A stretch of DNA of 64,000 bases from contig JAYZEG010000063.1 of assembly GCA_036337435.1 (NCBI GenBank), positions 1-64,000 on the forward strand, given 5' to 3'. Shown piece after piece: positions 30,345-40,268 of the stretch (the stretch's first letter is position 1; every line of letters starts with the position of its first letter). The notes beneath the pieces were generated by a model, which saw only the letters and a list, made by a program, of their open reading frames with translations, was not told the DNA's origin and made no database searches. The stretch is from Myxococcota bacterium (lineage in GTDB: Bacteria > Myxococcota_A > Bradymonadia > UBA7976 > UBA1532). Position numbers and translations under genes: made by a program.

Positions 30345-32285
30345 TTAAAGGTTGTGCCGGTAATGAATGATGCGATAGACCTTTCTCTGGTCGGTCCCAT
30401 AGTTTGCCGTTAATCCAACCCCCAGACCGAGAGCAGAGAAAAACGCCAGGATAAGCGGCAATTGGTAGAGAGCATCGGTCACAAAAAAGAGAAGTACACA
30501 GCCGATGATACCAGCGAACGACCCTTGTAGGTCCGAACGAATGTGTGCGTCTTTGACGCGCGTGAGGCCGCGTTTGATATAGGCCAACGAACGCAGCAAA
30601 ATCATCAAAAAGAGGATCAACCCAAAGACCCCGTGGTCTGTCAGTACGGTGAGATACATATTCGATAATTGAAGGGCTGGTTGATGACCAGCGTAGCGTG
30701 GACTTTGGGCGAAGCGACCCAGAACGCGGGCACCGATGCCTGTCGCTAAATTGGCATGGTCTGTTCTTTCATCGGCGATGATTGTCTCGATAATCGCACT
30801 CTGCTGACTGCTCCGAGCAGCGAGGTCTGAAACGATTTGCTTCGGTTGCATTCTGGGGTCGCCAGTGACAGATAAGCCAACGATCGCTGCCAATAAAATG
30901 AAGATGATTAAGCTCATTAAGCGCCGTGCGATCGGCCACAGGGCGATGGTTGTGACAATACACATCACAGCGATGCCAGCTCGACTCATCGTCAAAACTC
31001 CGGTCAAGGTAATAATGCCAGCCGATATGCCTGATATACGACGCTGAATTGTAGATGCACCTGATGAGGCTCGCACGAGTGCCAGGGGCAGAGCGAGGGT
31101 AATGACGACAGCCATCAAAACAGGATTCACCAGGTGTCCGACTACGCGTCGAAGCGAGCCCGCCCTTATCCATTCGATAACTGTTGGAATCATATCGATG
31201 AGTCCGACCGCAGCTACACCTCCGACCAGAACCCCGATGAGCGCGCTGCGGCGGTCCGTGACCATTCTTGAATTGAGGATGAGGTAGAATACAACAAAGC
31301 CATTGCAAACCCACCAGCCGAGTCCGCGCAGTGCTGCCAATGGCATCGGACTGAAAGGAATAATAAAAAGCGTCCAAATAATGAAAAGAATGACCGGTAG
31401 GTCTGTGGGTGAACGGAGTGCAACGACTCGCTTCGAGTCCATTCTTCTCTGAGCGAGGTGGACGAAAACGATCAAAGTCGGGAGTAAATAGAGAATGTTG
31501 AAAGTGACCCCGGCAACACTCAAAGTCATGACTTCGCGGAAGTGAGCTGGTGCGACGATAACCATGACCAAGAGCCAACAGAGCAAGAGTGTTGTAGTAA
31601 AGATACGCGTCATCACGCGCGCAAAAGTCAGAATGATCAACTGCAGATCAAATAGGACTGTTCTTCGACTGATATGCAGCATTTCATAGAACAACTTGTG
31701 TCGCGGACTTGTGTAGTAGCCACCCCGCACTTGCGCTTGGCCGGTGATGCCCGGCCGGACAAGAAATCGACGTTCGTAACCTGAAATCTTAGCTTTGTGG
31801 TCTTTTAAAAAAATCGGCCTGACGGGACGTGGTCCGACCAGATTCATGTCTCGCTTCAAGACATTGAAAAGCTGGGGTAGCTCATCGAGCCTGTACTTTC
31901 TCAAGAAACGGCCAATCGACGTATAGTGATCTTCATCTTGTCGAACCAGTCGTTTTGCGATTTTCGCCTCGGAACCGACCTTCATGGTGCGAAATTTTAG
32001 GATGTCGAATTCACGCTGATGTAACCCGATTCGTCGGCCTCTGTAGAGAGCTGGACCTGGACTGGAGAGCTTGACACAGAGGGTGACGATGATCATGAAC
32101 GGGGCCAGAACGAGCAGACCCAAGGCAGCGGCCGACATGTTGTATAGGGCTGTCAGCAGCGTATACATATGTTTTCGCTCAAATTGAACGCGAGTTGGGA
32201 ACACGCCACGGGATCGAATTTGTTCTGAGGCCTGTTTTTCGCCGCTGGGGGCGCTGTCTGTAATCGGCTCAGAAGAGTGCTTCAT
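30345..32285 (-). CDS. Fusion of a monotopic phosphoglycosyl transferase (Bac_transf) and a polytopic Wzy_C/O-antigen-ligase-like domain
   Basis: N-terminal KFRTM, GRFLRKYRLDELPQLFNVL..DMNLVGPRP, RPGITGQAQ; then about 10-12 TM helices with TMSRAG, TGIG and SNMYLTVLTDHGVFG; ATGA-coupled to asnB. Confidence 0.85.
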   Translation of the reverse strand: MKHSSEPITDSAPSGEKQASEQIRSRGVFPTRVQFERKHMYTLLTALYNMSAAALGLLVLAPFMIIVTLCVKLSSPGPALYRGRRIGLHQREFDILKFRTMKVGSEAKIAKRLVRQDEDHYTSIGRFLRKYRLDELPQLFNVLKRDMNLVGPRPVRPIFLKDHKAKISGYERRFLVRPGITGQAQVRGGYYTSPRHKLFYEMLHISRRTVLFDLQLIILTFARVMTRIFTTTLLLCWLLVMVIVAPAHFREVMTLSVAGVTFNILYLLPTLIVFVHLAQRRMDSKRVVALRSPTDLPVILFIIWTLFIIPFSPMPLAALRGLGWWVCNGFVVFYLILNSRMVTDRRSALIGVLVGGVAAVGLIDMIPTVIEWIRAGSLRRVVGHLVNPVLMAVVITLALPLALVRASSGASTIQRRISGISAGIITLTGVLTMSRAGIAVMCIVTTIALWPIARRLMSLIIFILLAAIVGLSVTGDPRMQPKQIVSDLAARSSQQSAIIETIIADERTDHANLATGIGARVLGRFAQSPRYAGHQPALQLSNMYLTVLTDHGVFGLILFLMILLRSLAYIKRGLTRVKDAHIRSDLQGSFAGIIGCVLLFFVTDALYQLPLILAFFSALGLGVGLTANYGTDQRKVYRIIHYRHNL

Positions 32286-34186
32286 GCAGCCCGGCCTCCC
32301 CGATACTTTTGATTGAAGAGCATGAAGCACATCATGGCCCAGAGAGATCGACTGTTGTCTTGGCTGCGGCCTAAATGCGACGAGATCAGTGCTTGGACAT
32401 CATCGGTGCGCCACAATCCGACGCGTCGAACACTTTGGGGGTCTAGTAGGTCCATCATGAGTGGCTTCAAGGGGCCTGATAACCACTGCGCCATCGGGAC
32501 ATTGAACCCTGCCTTTCGCCTTTTGAGTAACTGTTTAGGGACTCTGTTTTTCAATGCTTTTTTCAAAACTGCTTTTGTTTTCAAACCCTTGAGTTTGTAA
32601 TTGCCTGGCATTTTGGCTGCGAGCTCCACGAGACGATGATCTAGGAATGGAACTCTCGCTTCGAGAGAATGTAACATACTGATGCGGTCGACTTTGACCA
32701 AGATATCGTCCGGCAGATAGAGCTCAAAATCCGCCGCGAGTATGGCATCGAGACTGCCCGGTTTTGACATGGATTCAGTGGCTTGTCTGAATAATCGTAC
32801 CGTATCTTCCAATTCATGAGACGACTCGAGCATGGCTCGTCTCACCGACTCCGGCATAAATTCCTTAAAGCCGTAATGCGCGTCTATAGCCGGTCTTGAT
32901 GCAGCACCAATGAATGCTTTCGCCTTGAGATCAAAACTCATCTTTTTATGGGACGTGGGCAATAGGTCAACAAGTCGATTGGCTAAATTGATTCGAATGG
33001 GTTTGGGTAAGTGCTTCCACAGGCGTGCGAGTTTCCAGGCATAGTGTGTCCGATACCCTGCGAAAAGCTCATCCCCACCATCACCACCGAGCGCGACGGT
33101 GACATGCCGTTTGGCTAACCTGCACAGGTACCATAGGGGAATGACACTGCTGTCGGCATAAGGCTCATCAAGACTGTCCATCAAGGAGCCGAGCACCGTG
33201 TCGGGGTCAGGGCGAACCAATTCAACGTGGTGTTCTGCTCCCGCGCTTTCTGCTGCGATTCGCGCATAGTTTGACTCGTCGTAGCTGGCCTCTTCAAACG
33301 CGATGGTAAATGCCTTAACGGGCCCTGAATGCAGTCTCGACATTGAGTTTAGAATTGCGCTTGAGTCGACCCCACCGCTGAGAAACATGCCAAGGGGCAC
33401 ATCAGAGACCAAGCGTCTTTGAACCGCAGCATCGAAGCAGGTCATGATGTCCAGGGCCGCCGTTTTAAAACGGCCCTGATAGCCTTGTTTATGGTCTGTT
33501 TCAAAGGTTTGCGACCAGTAGCGTTTAATGGAGATTCGCCCGCCTTTCCAGGTCAAATAGTGTCCAGGAGGTAGTTTTCGAATCCCATTGACCATCGTTT
33601 GATTACCGGGCACGTAGTTGAGCCCCAAGTAATCGTGATGAGCTTGCAGATTGATGCTGTCATCGATGCACTTCGACTCCAAAAGCGCTTTGACTTCGCT
33701 GGCAAACATAAGCGTACCGTTGGCGGTTTTGGAGTAGAAGACTGGCTTGATGCCAAGTCGGTCCCGAACGAGAATTAATTCTTGTGCCAAACTATCCCAA
33801 ATCGCAAAGCCAAACATGCCATCAATTCGGTCAATACAGGCTCTGCCGAGTTCAGCGAACAAGGCGAGAATGACCTCTGTGTCGGTCCGGCTCTGAAAGA
33901 GGTGCCCCTTTTGCTCAAGCCGGTTGCGCTCCGCCATAAAGCTATAGAACTCACCATTGTAAACAATATGAAATCGACCATCTTGAGTCGACATAGGTTG
34001 TTGGCCGATGGACCGTGTATCAAGGATCGATAAACGCCGGTGGGCCAGCCCCACGCAGATGTCTCCATCTTGAATCATCAGGCCTTCATCATCGGGGCCT
34101 CGATGGGTCATTCGGTCGCGCATCGCCATTAACCGAGTTCGGTCTACTGGGGCCGATGCACCAACATATCCAACAAAGCCGCACAT
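32282..34186 (-). CDS. asnB: Glutamine-hydrolysing asparagine synthase family amidotransferase, probably a sugar amidotransferase
   Basis: MCGFVG, HRGPD, HRRLSI, YNGE, RDRLGIKP, FLSGGVDSS, GDGGDELFAGY, EARVPFLD. Confidence 0.93.
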   Translation of the reverse strand: MCGFVGYVGASAPVDRTRLMAMRDRMTHRGPDDEGLMIQDGDICVGLAHRRLSILDTRSIGQQPMSTQDGRFHIVYNGEFYSFMAERNRLEQKGHLFQSRTDTEVILALFAELGRACIDRIDGMFGFAIWDSLAQELILVRDRLGIKPVFYSKTANGTLMFASEVKALLESKCIDDSINLQAHHDYLGLNYVPGNQTMVNGIRKLPPGHYLTWKGGRISIKRYWSQTFETDHKQGYQGRFKTAALDIMTCFDAAVQRRLVSDVPLGMFLSGGVDSSAILNSMSRLHSGPVKAFTIAFEEASYDESNYARIAAESAGAEHHVELVRPDPDTVLGSLMDSLDEPYADSSVIPLWYLCRLAKRHVTVALGGDGGDELFAGYRTHYAWKLARLWKHLPKPIRINLANRLVDLLPTSHKKMSFDLKAKAFIGAASRPAIDAHYGFKEFMPESVRRAMLESSHELEDTVRLFRQATESMSKPGSLDAILAADFELYLPDDILVKVDRISMLHSLEARVPFLDHRLVELAAKMPGNYKLKGLKTKAVLKKALKNRVPKQLLKRRKAGFNVPMAQWLSGPLKPLMMDLLDPQSVRRVGLWRTDDVQALISSHLGRSQDNSRSLWAMMCFMLFNQKYRGGRAA

Positions 34187-34187
34187 C

Positions 34188-35426
34188 TCAGTGAGCCGAA
34201 CTCGATTTACGGTCTATGACGTTGAGGAGCATCTTTTCATATCGACCGACCACAGATTGATGACTATGTTGCTCGACGACGTAGTGGCGGCCATTTTGAC
34301 CCAGTCGGTTGGATTCTTTCTTATTTCGATAGAGCCGACGAATGGCCTCGGCTAATTGTGTCGGGTTCTCTGGCTCCGTAACCAGTCCGCAATCGGCTGT
34401 TCGAATCAGATTTGCCGCATCGCTATCCGGATCGAGGCTGGCAATGGCTGGACGGCCCGCTGCCAAGATTCCGAAAATCTTGCAGGGCAGGCTGGTTGCG
34501 GCCATGCCGGTCCGAAGGGGAACCAAGCCCAAATCTGAAGCGGCGAGCAATTCGGGCAGGTCTGCCCGCTCCTGAGTGGGTAGCAGAGTCACTCGAGCAT
34601 CGTTGGAAAGTTCGGCCTCTAACATGGGTTTCGCTTGTCCATCACCAACCAGCATGAGGCGGATATTCGGCAGATCATCGAGTTGTCTCCATGCGGCGAC
34701 AACCGTCTCGAGACTTTGGCTGTAGCCCATCCGTCCACTAAACTGTACGACAAATTTACCGGCGTAACCTAGAGACTCTCGGTATCGATTTCGGTTTTTA
34801 GGCCTCGGCGTAATGAAGTCCACATCAGTGTAATTCGGAATCACCGTGATTCTGTCATCAGGTACACCTAGGCGGAGACAATGCTGTCTAAAACTTTGGC
34901 TGATCACTGAGAGTTGATCAGCTCGATGGAGCACATGCTTTTCGAGTCGCTGAAAGCCGTCGATCATGGCCGGATTGGTCATTACGCCCAGACGGATTGC
35001 CGCTTCAGGAAAGAGATCTTGGAGGTTGTATACGAAGGGGATTCCTTTGAGCACCGACAAGATCTGGTCAACGAGACCCAATGTGAGTGGGGGCGAGGGC
35101 GTGAAAATCGCATCGACGTTCCGAATGGATGAGGCTGCAGCCAAGGCAGTCGCGGTAAAGGACGCATAATTAGCCATTTTCGCGATGGCCCCACCCTGTG
35201 GCGCATATAGCCAAACCCTCAGAATATCGACGCCATTATGGTGATCACGTTCGAAGAGTTTGCCTCGATACTGTGGTTCGATTCGTCCAGTTTCGTGATG
35301 AGGAAAGGCACAGACCACAGTCACTTTATGGCCCCGCTGAACCAAGCCTTCGCAAAGCCCGGTCATCAGCGGTGCATTACCGAGTTTGTCTGGGTAATAA
35401 TTGAGTCCTAACAAAAGCAAGTGCAT
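34188..35426 (-). CDS. Glycosyltransferase family 4 (WbuB/WcaI-like)
   Basis: NYYPD, SPPL, QDLFPE, SGRMGYSQ, SLPCKIFGILAAGRP. Confidence 0.9.
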   Translation of the reverse strand: MHLLLLGLNYYPDKLGNAPLMTGLCEGLVQRGHKVTVVCAFPHHETGRIEPQYRGKLFERDHHNGVDILRVWLYAPQGGAIAKMANYASFTATALAAASSIRNVDAIFTPSPPLTLGLVDQILSVLKGIPFVYNLQDLFPEAAIRLGVMTNPAMIDGFQRLEKHVLHRADQLSVISQSFRQHCLRLGVPDDRITVIPNYTDVDFITPRPKNRNRYRESLGYAGKFVVQFSGRMGYSQSLETVVAAWRQLDDLPNIRLMLVGDGQAKPMLEAELSNDARVTLLPTQERADLPELLAASDLGLVPLRTGMAATSLPCKIFGILAAGRPAIASLDPDSDAANLIRTADCGLVTEPENPTQLAEAIRRLYRNKKESNRLGQNGRHYVVEQHSHQSVVGRYEKMLLNVIDRKSSSAH

Positions 35427-35490
35427 GGTTGCCCCTTCTAGCCTTGGCGGCGCATCTTGCGCCTTAACGGCCGTGCCGTCAATCGTTCCC

Positions 35491-37929
35491 TCAACGGTTC
35501 TGTTTTTCAGCGCGTTGGATTTTATTTTTCAGGCGTTTCAAACGATGGTTTCTCGGGTTCTTGACCAATGCTTGTTCGACCCGCTTCAGTGCATCACCCC
35601 TTCGAGATAAGCTCAACTCAATTTCAGCAGCTTGAACGATGTATTCGACGGCAGGACGAAGCGATAAAGCGCGGTCATAAGAGATTAATGCAGGTTCCAA
35701 GCGAGACTGTTTTTGGTCGAAGCGCGCCTTCAAAATCAGCACCTGAAACGCCTTGGATGGGTCGCTTTTCGATACGGTCCACAGAGCGTCTAGAGTGGTC
35801 TTTACTTTGTCTGATGCATTCATGAGCCGATATGCACGGAGCGCTTGTCTAAGAAACGCTTCATTGGTTTTCCCCCCGGTTTGATAGGCGTTGTCGATTA
35901 GGGTCATTGCTTGTTTTGGCTGTCCCAGCAGCAGCAGTCTTCGCGCATCGATTACGTGGGCCATGTTGGGGTCTCCAGACTCCTTAAACCAGCTGATTAC
36001 AGTGTTCAAGCAGTCTGTGTTTTTTTGTTTGAGGCATGCCCGCATGCGCGTTAAATGGCCGAATTGGGAACTGGGGTTCCAGCGTAAAATTTCGTCGGCT
36101 AATGCCACGATCTTATCAGTTTCGTTGAGTCGGAAAAGCGCGTCCACGAGTCGCCGTTGGGATCTGGGTGTGTCTGGGACTGCCTGTAACAAGTCGCTGA
36201 CCGACCGGTAATCCCGGGTTATTTTGGCCATTAAAGTGAGTTCATCCCAAGGGGATTTTTCCAGTGCTCGCCGGTATTCGCCTGCAGATTGAGTGAGAAA
36301 GCCAGCTTTGTAGAGTGCCTGCGCTGAGATTAAATTAGGAATGGCATTCTGAGGGGCTAAGAGCTGAGCTCGATTTGCCCAGGACAGCGTGGTTTTCAAT
36401 GCGCTGTCTTCCGCCGCCAAAAGCTGTTGCGATGCGATGGTTGGAATTAACCAATCCGCTGGATGTCGGTTTGCAAGCCGGTTGGCTTCTGCCTCGATGG
36501 CAACGGCTTGGTCCAGCGTCCTCAGTTTGTGTAGGTGCCGGTCGGCCGTGAGCGAACTCAGGGAGCCAAATTGACTGAGCACGCCCAAGATGAGAATTCC
36601 AGAAATGACAGCGACTTCCAAGCGAACCGGTTGCCTCGAACTGGACGAGCCCAAGCTGACAAAACATATGCCTAGAACCACCGCGGTTGGCAGCGACAAA
36701 CCCATGGCACTCAGGCCAAAATCGGAAAGCTGATAGACGCCAACAGAAGCGAGTGCCGCCAGGCAGCCGGCCGCCAGACCATTGGGCCTACGGCCGAATT
36801 CCCGGACATGAAGACCCCAAATGAGTAAGGCCACAGCCACGGTGATAATGCCTAATAAAAGCCCAGACTCGATGAGGTGCTGAACCAGTATGTTTTCCGC
36901 GTGTGTGACGGTTCCGTCGACCGCTTTGGACTGGAATTGATTGAAGACGTGAGTAAAGGTACCGCGCCCGCTGCCCACCAACAGGTAGGCCGCTGATGAG
37001 TCGATTGCATTGGACCAAATGGCCCACTTTGGGTCCTCCAATAATTTTTCGGGCGTCAATAGATGCCACTCTTTGATGAGAATAAATGATGCACTGACGG
37101 CAAAAAGCAGACCACCACCAATGAAGATAACAACAGCTTTCAGCCGAGTCCGAAGACTGCTCTCCATTGCGCCGGATGATGAGCCGAGCAGGATTAGAAA
37201 GACCAGCCAACCCGCTAACGCCGCCGGGACAGCGCCCCTCGATCCAGTTGAAAAGGCCGCGATAAAGCAGAACAAAATGGCGAGCGTCGTGATTTGGAGC
37301 CGGATGGGTCGATTCTCATCGAGGGTCAGTCCAACGCCGGTAAATCCGGCCAGAAGGAGAAGTGTACCGAACGTGTTTTCGTTGACAAAAGGACCGAAAA
37401 AGCCCTGGAGCGTATCTCTATGAATTGATTCATAGACCCCGTAGATTTGTTTTGCCCCAGTCATCAGATGGATGAGGGCAACAAGCCCTGAAACGACCCC
37501 GACGACCAGAAGCAGGCGGGCCAATGAACGGCATTGGCGCGGCTTGGCCGAAGAAAGGATGCAGACGACGAGGGCAAATGTGAGCTGGTGAAACAGGACC
37601 GCTTGCGTGGCAAGATAATCCACCGTGAGGGGAGCCCACGAGCGATCTGGATTCGATTGAAGATAGAGTTGCGCCGCATCTGGTGACAGCATCTCAAGCC
37701 AATGGATCGGCATAGGAACTAATTGCAGTCCCGTGGCGCAGCATGGAACCAAGAGAAGCCAGACAAACTTGACCTGATAGGCTTTCGCATTCAGATTCAC
37801 CGCTAGATGGACCAACCCTAAGGTCGCGACCAGCGCGGCGAAGGCCATTTGGACATCGATGCGGCTGGCACCCATGGCGAAGGGGGCCAAAGCGGCTACA
37901 AATCCTAGGGTTCGCAGGCCCAATTTCAT
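35491..37929 (-). CDS. O-antigen ligase/Wzy_C family membrane protein with C-terminal TPRs
   Basis: About 12 TM helices; GPFVNEN, TGSRG, GSGRGTF, HAEN...ESG; helical TPR-like C-terminus. Confidence 0.85.
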   Translation of the reverse strand: MKLGLRTLGFVAALAPFAMGASRIDVQMAFAALVATLGLVHLAVNLNAKAYQVKFVWLLLVPCCATGLQLVPMPIHWLEMLSPDAAQLYLQSNPDRSWAPLTVDYLATQAVLFHQLTFALVVCILSSAKPRQCRSLARLLLVVGVVSGLVALIHLMTGAKQIYGVYESIHRDTLQGFFGPFVNENTFGTLLLLAGFTGVGLTLDENRPIRLQITTLAILFCFIAAFSTGSRGAVPAALAGWLVFLILLGSSSGAMESSLRTRLKAVVIFIGGGLLFAVSASFILIKEWHLLTPEKLLEDPKWAIWSNAIDSSAAYLLVGSGRGTFTHVFNQFQSKAVDGTVTHAENILVQHLIESGLLLGIITVAVALLIWGLHVREFGRRPNGLAAGCLAALASVGVYQLSDFGLSAMGLSLPTAVVLGICFVSLGSSSSRQPVRLEVAVISGILILGVLSQFGSLSSLTADRHLHKLRTLDQAVAIEAEANRLANRHPADWLIPTIASQQLLAAEDSALKTTLSWANRAQLLAPQNAIPNLISAQALYKAGFLTQSAGEYRRALEKSPWDELTLMAKITRDYRSVSDLLQAVPDTPRSQRRLVDALFRLNETDKIVALADEILRWNPSSQFGHLTRMRACLKQKNTDCLNTVISWFKESGDPNMAHVIDARRLLLLGQPKQAMTLIDNAYQTGGKTNEAFLRQALRAYRLMNASDKVKTTLDALWTVSKSDPSKAFQVLILKARFDQKQSRLEPALISYDRALSLRPAVEYIVQAAEIELSLSRRGDALKRVEQALVKNPRNHRLKRLKNKIQRAEKQNR

Positions 37930-38015
37930 GGCGATTTGGTTGCCTTCAGACGGGTCGGGACGACAAAGACATATCGTAATGCGCCGCGATTCATCTCACG
38001 ACCTGATTGCTGTCC

Positions 38016-38330
38016 TTACTTCGAGCAGGCTTCGACGTAGCATTTGGACATGGCCTGATTAAGCAGTTCACAGCGGTCTTCATGATGGTTCCAGTCAGCC
38101 TTGCATTGGGTGCAGCAATCTCTCGCAACCCTCAACTCACCGGACGCGCCATATCCAGGATCTTCACGGATTTTTCTATTTTCCACGCGTTTTTCATCGT
38201 CGTGGCCTAAAACGAGCTGAACACTGGCGTTTCCAGCATCGCCTAGAAGGGGTCCCCCGACCGCGATAAAAAAGAATGCGAACAAACCGCAAACAACGAA
38301 TACTGCTTTTACGCCACCGCTCATAATCAC
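38016..38330 (-). CDS. Small Cys-rich exported or membrane-anchored protein
   Basis: Hydrophobic N-terminus; six Cys in the C-terminal third; fills the gap between co-oriented genes. Confidence 0.55.
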   Translation of the reverse strand: MIMSGGVKAVFVVCGLFAFFFIAVGGPLLGDAGNASVQLVLGHDDEKRVENRKIREDPGYGASGELRVARDCCTQCKADWNHHEDRCELLNQAMSKCYVEACSK

Positions 38331-38387
38331 TCGGCTCCATTGGTTGATGGTCCATATCTACACCGAAATGCCGCTCTACGCTACAGA

Positions 38388-40268
38388 TCATCGATGATTT
38401 GTGTTCTCCAAGGCCGTCCAACGGAGGTTAACAAAGCCCGCTCGGCCCGGTAGAGGACGATGAATCACATCGAAAAGTTGCGTTTCATCGAAGATATTTT
38501 GAACCTCCATGCTCATCGAAAACCCCGAACCGAGCCACCAACGAATACCCGTTGAGACCGTCACGTAGCCGGGCAGCTCCCGATGCCCAAACCGGTCTGA
38601 TTTGACGATACCTTGGTACAAGCCGCTGAGATAAATGTTGAACCTCCGGAATGGGGAATCTACAAGCCAGTTCAGGCGATGGTTGGGCCGATACGGTAAG
38701 GGTCTCTTGGATTGGTCTCGATGCCATTGATAATGGTAGTTGGCTTCCAGGCGTATCCTCGAAAACTGGAGTCGCACTCGCGCTTCTAGACCAGCAATGT
38801 CCGCGGATAAATCGTCGCTTGCTTGGAGCCTGAATGCATCGATCGGCAAGAATAAGATCAAGCGCTCATAGCGTTGAAAATAACCGCCCGTCTCGATGAG
38901 CCAAAGTTTACGATCGAGGGCTTGCACGCGGAGGGAGAGAGACCCACTCCAGCCATCTTCTGGCCGGAGCGACGTGTTTCCAGAAATCCCTGGTCCGCGA
39001 AAATATAATTCGTCAAAGCTCGGATCGCGGAAGTTTCGTCCAACTTGGGCACTCAATCTGATGGCTCGGTTTGCAGTCCAGATGCCGTTAAATTGAGGTG
39101 CAACGATGACGTCTCGGCCAGTGCGCATGTCCAGTCTGGTTGAGAACATCAGTTCCAGTTTATCAGAGGGCAACCAGCCTAGGCCACCAACGACGGACCC
39201 TGACATCCGTTCCTCGGTTCGGAGTTGCGTTGATCCAGCGGTCTCCGCACGAGCGTAGGTTGCGTCGCCACTCGTCTGAATTAGAAATTCATCCCGTGGA
39301 TAAAACATAATTTGGGTGCGCGTATCGACGCTATAATCGGTCAGCTTGAATTCATCTTGCATCAATCCAAAGGCAGACCGCTCATCGGAAAATTCATAGG
39401 ATCTGACGATGGTTCCGGCGGACGTTCGAATGGCCATTCTGCCTCCGAATACGGATGCATCATCGAGGGTTAATCGTGCACTCTTTCGGTCTTGTTGGCT
39501 GCCGGCGGTTAGACTTGGTGCTTCCCCAGACCCTGGTTCACCACGCTCGTCCAGGTAAACGTCAGTGAGCAGTGACCACTGTGTTGACGTCCCGGTGATC
39601 CATTGGGCTTGGATTGCACCGCCTCCGTTCATGTGATGATTGTTGGCCCGCGTCTGTTGACGACCGTTGGTGTCCTGGTACGTGAAGTCGCCGTCTGCAG
39701 CCGAAAAACGTCCGCTCAAAAGGATTCGCGTTGAATCCGTGGTCAAATCGACGCAGCCATGAGCATAGCGATAGCCGAAGGAACCGAGTCCAGATTCCAG
39801 TTTGTTCGCAGAGCGTTCCTTGGGTAAGCGAAGTCTGAGCACACCGCCTTGGGCACCGCTGCCGTAGCTTGCACCGGCGGATCCGCGCAAGACCTCAATC
39901 TGGTCCAAGCAGCCGATGGGCATACTGGTCAAATCAATGGCGTCACCACGCGCTCCACTCAATTGAATGTCTTCGAGCAAAACCAAAACTTGGTTTGAGC
40001 CCGCACCGCGCAGTTGCAGAACTTGACCGCGGCCCAAACTTCCACTGCGTTGAACGCGCGCGCCCAAAACACGATCGACATGTTGACCAATATCTAGCCT
40101 CATGCGCGGGTCTTCATCGAGCTTTATGGCATCGACGGTTGCCGATGCGTTGCGTTGGTCTCGCTGCGGCCTTTCTCCGCTGACAGTAATCTCGTCGTCT
40201 TGGCCATAGGCCGTGGTCGCACTGCTCAGGACTAAGCAGGCGAGACAAATCCTGAATTGAGTTGTCAT
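38388..40268 (-). CDS. TonB-dependent receptor (BtuB-like)
   Basis: Signal peptide; EITVSG TonB-box-like; plug LRGAGSNQVLVLLED and IEVLRGSAGASYGSGAQGGV; PSFDELY, GNTSLRPE, NIFD...PGR. Confidence 0.88.
   Translation of the reverse strand: MTTQFRICLACLVLSSATTAYGQDDEITVSGERPQRDQRNASATVDAIKLDEDPRMRLDIGQHVDRVLGARVQRSGSLGRGQVLQLRGAGSNQVLVLLEDIQLSGARGDAIDLTSMPIGCLDQIEVLRGSAGASYGSGAQGGVLRLRLPKERSANKLESGLGSFGYRYAHGCVDLTTDSTRILLSGRFSAADGDFTYQDTNGRQQTRANNHHMNGGGAIQAQWITGTSTQWSLLTDVYLDERGEPGSGEAPSLTAGSQQDRKSARLTLDDASVFGGRMAIRTSAGTIVRSYEFSDERSAFGLMQDEFKLTDYSVDTRTQIMFYPRDEFLIQTSGDATYARAETAGSTQLRTEERMSGSVVGGLGWLPSDKLELMFSTRLDMRTGRDVIVAPQFNGIWTANRAIRLSAQVGRNFRDPSFDELYFRGPGISGNTSLRPEDGWSGSLSLRVQALDRKLWLIETGGYFQRYERLILFLPIDAFRLQASDDLSADIAGLEARVRLQFSRIRLEANYHYQWHRDQSKRPLPYRPNHRLNWLVDSPFRRFNIYLSGLYQGIVKSDRFGHRELPGYVTVSTGIRWWLGSGFSMSMEVQNIFDETQLFDVIHRPLPGRAGFVNLRWTALENTNHR

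Noticed and set aside
30769..31578. 269-aa alternative-frame ORF inside the PGT/Wzy_C fusion
   Set aside because: Arg/Ser/His-rich composition typical of an off-frame reading; the main frame is continuous
23593..34186. Lasso-peptide cluster (AsnB-like protein plus nucleotidyltransferase)
   Set aside because: AsnB keeps the N-terminal Cys glutaminase domain and sits among glycosyltransferases; no precursor, B1/PqqD or B2 protease gene is seen
38016..38330. c-type cytochrome
   Set aside because: The motif is CTQCK, not CxxCH
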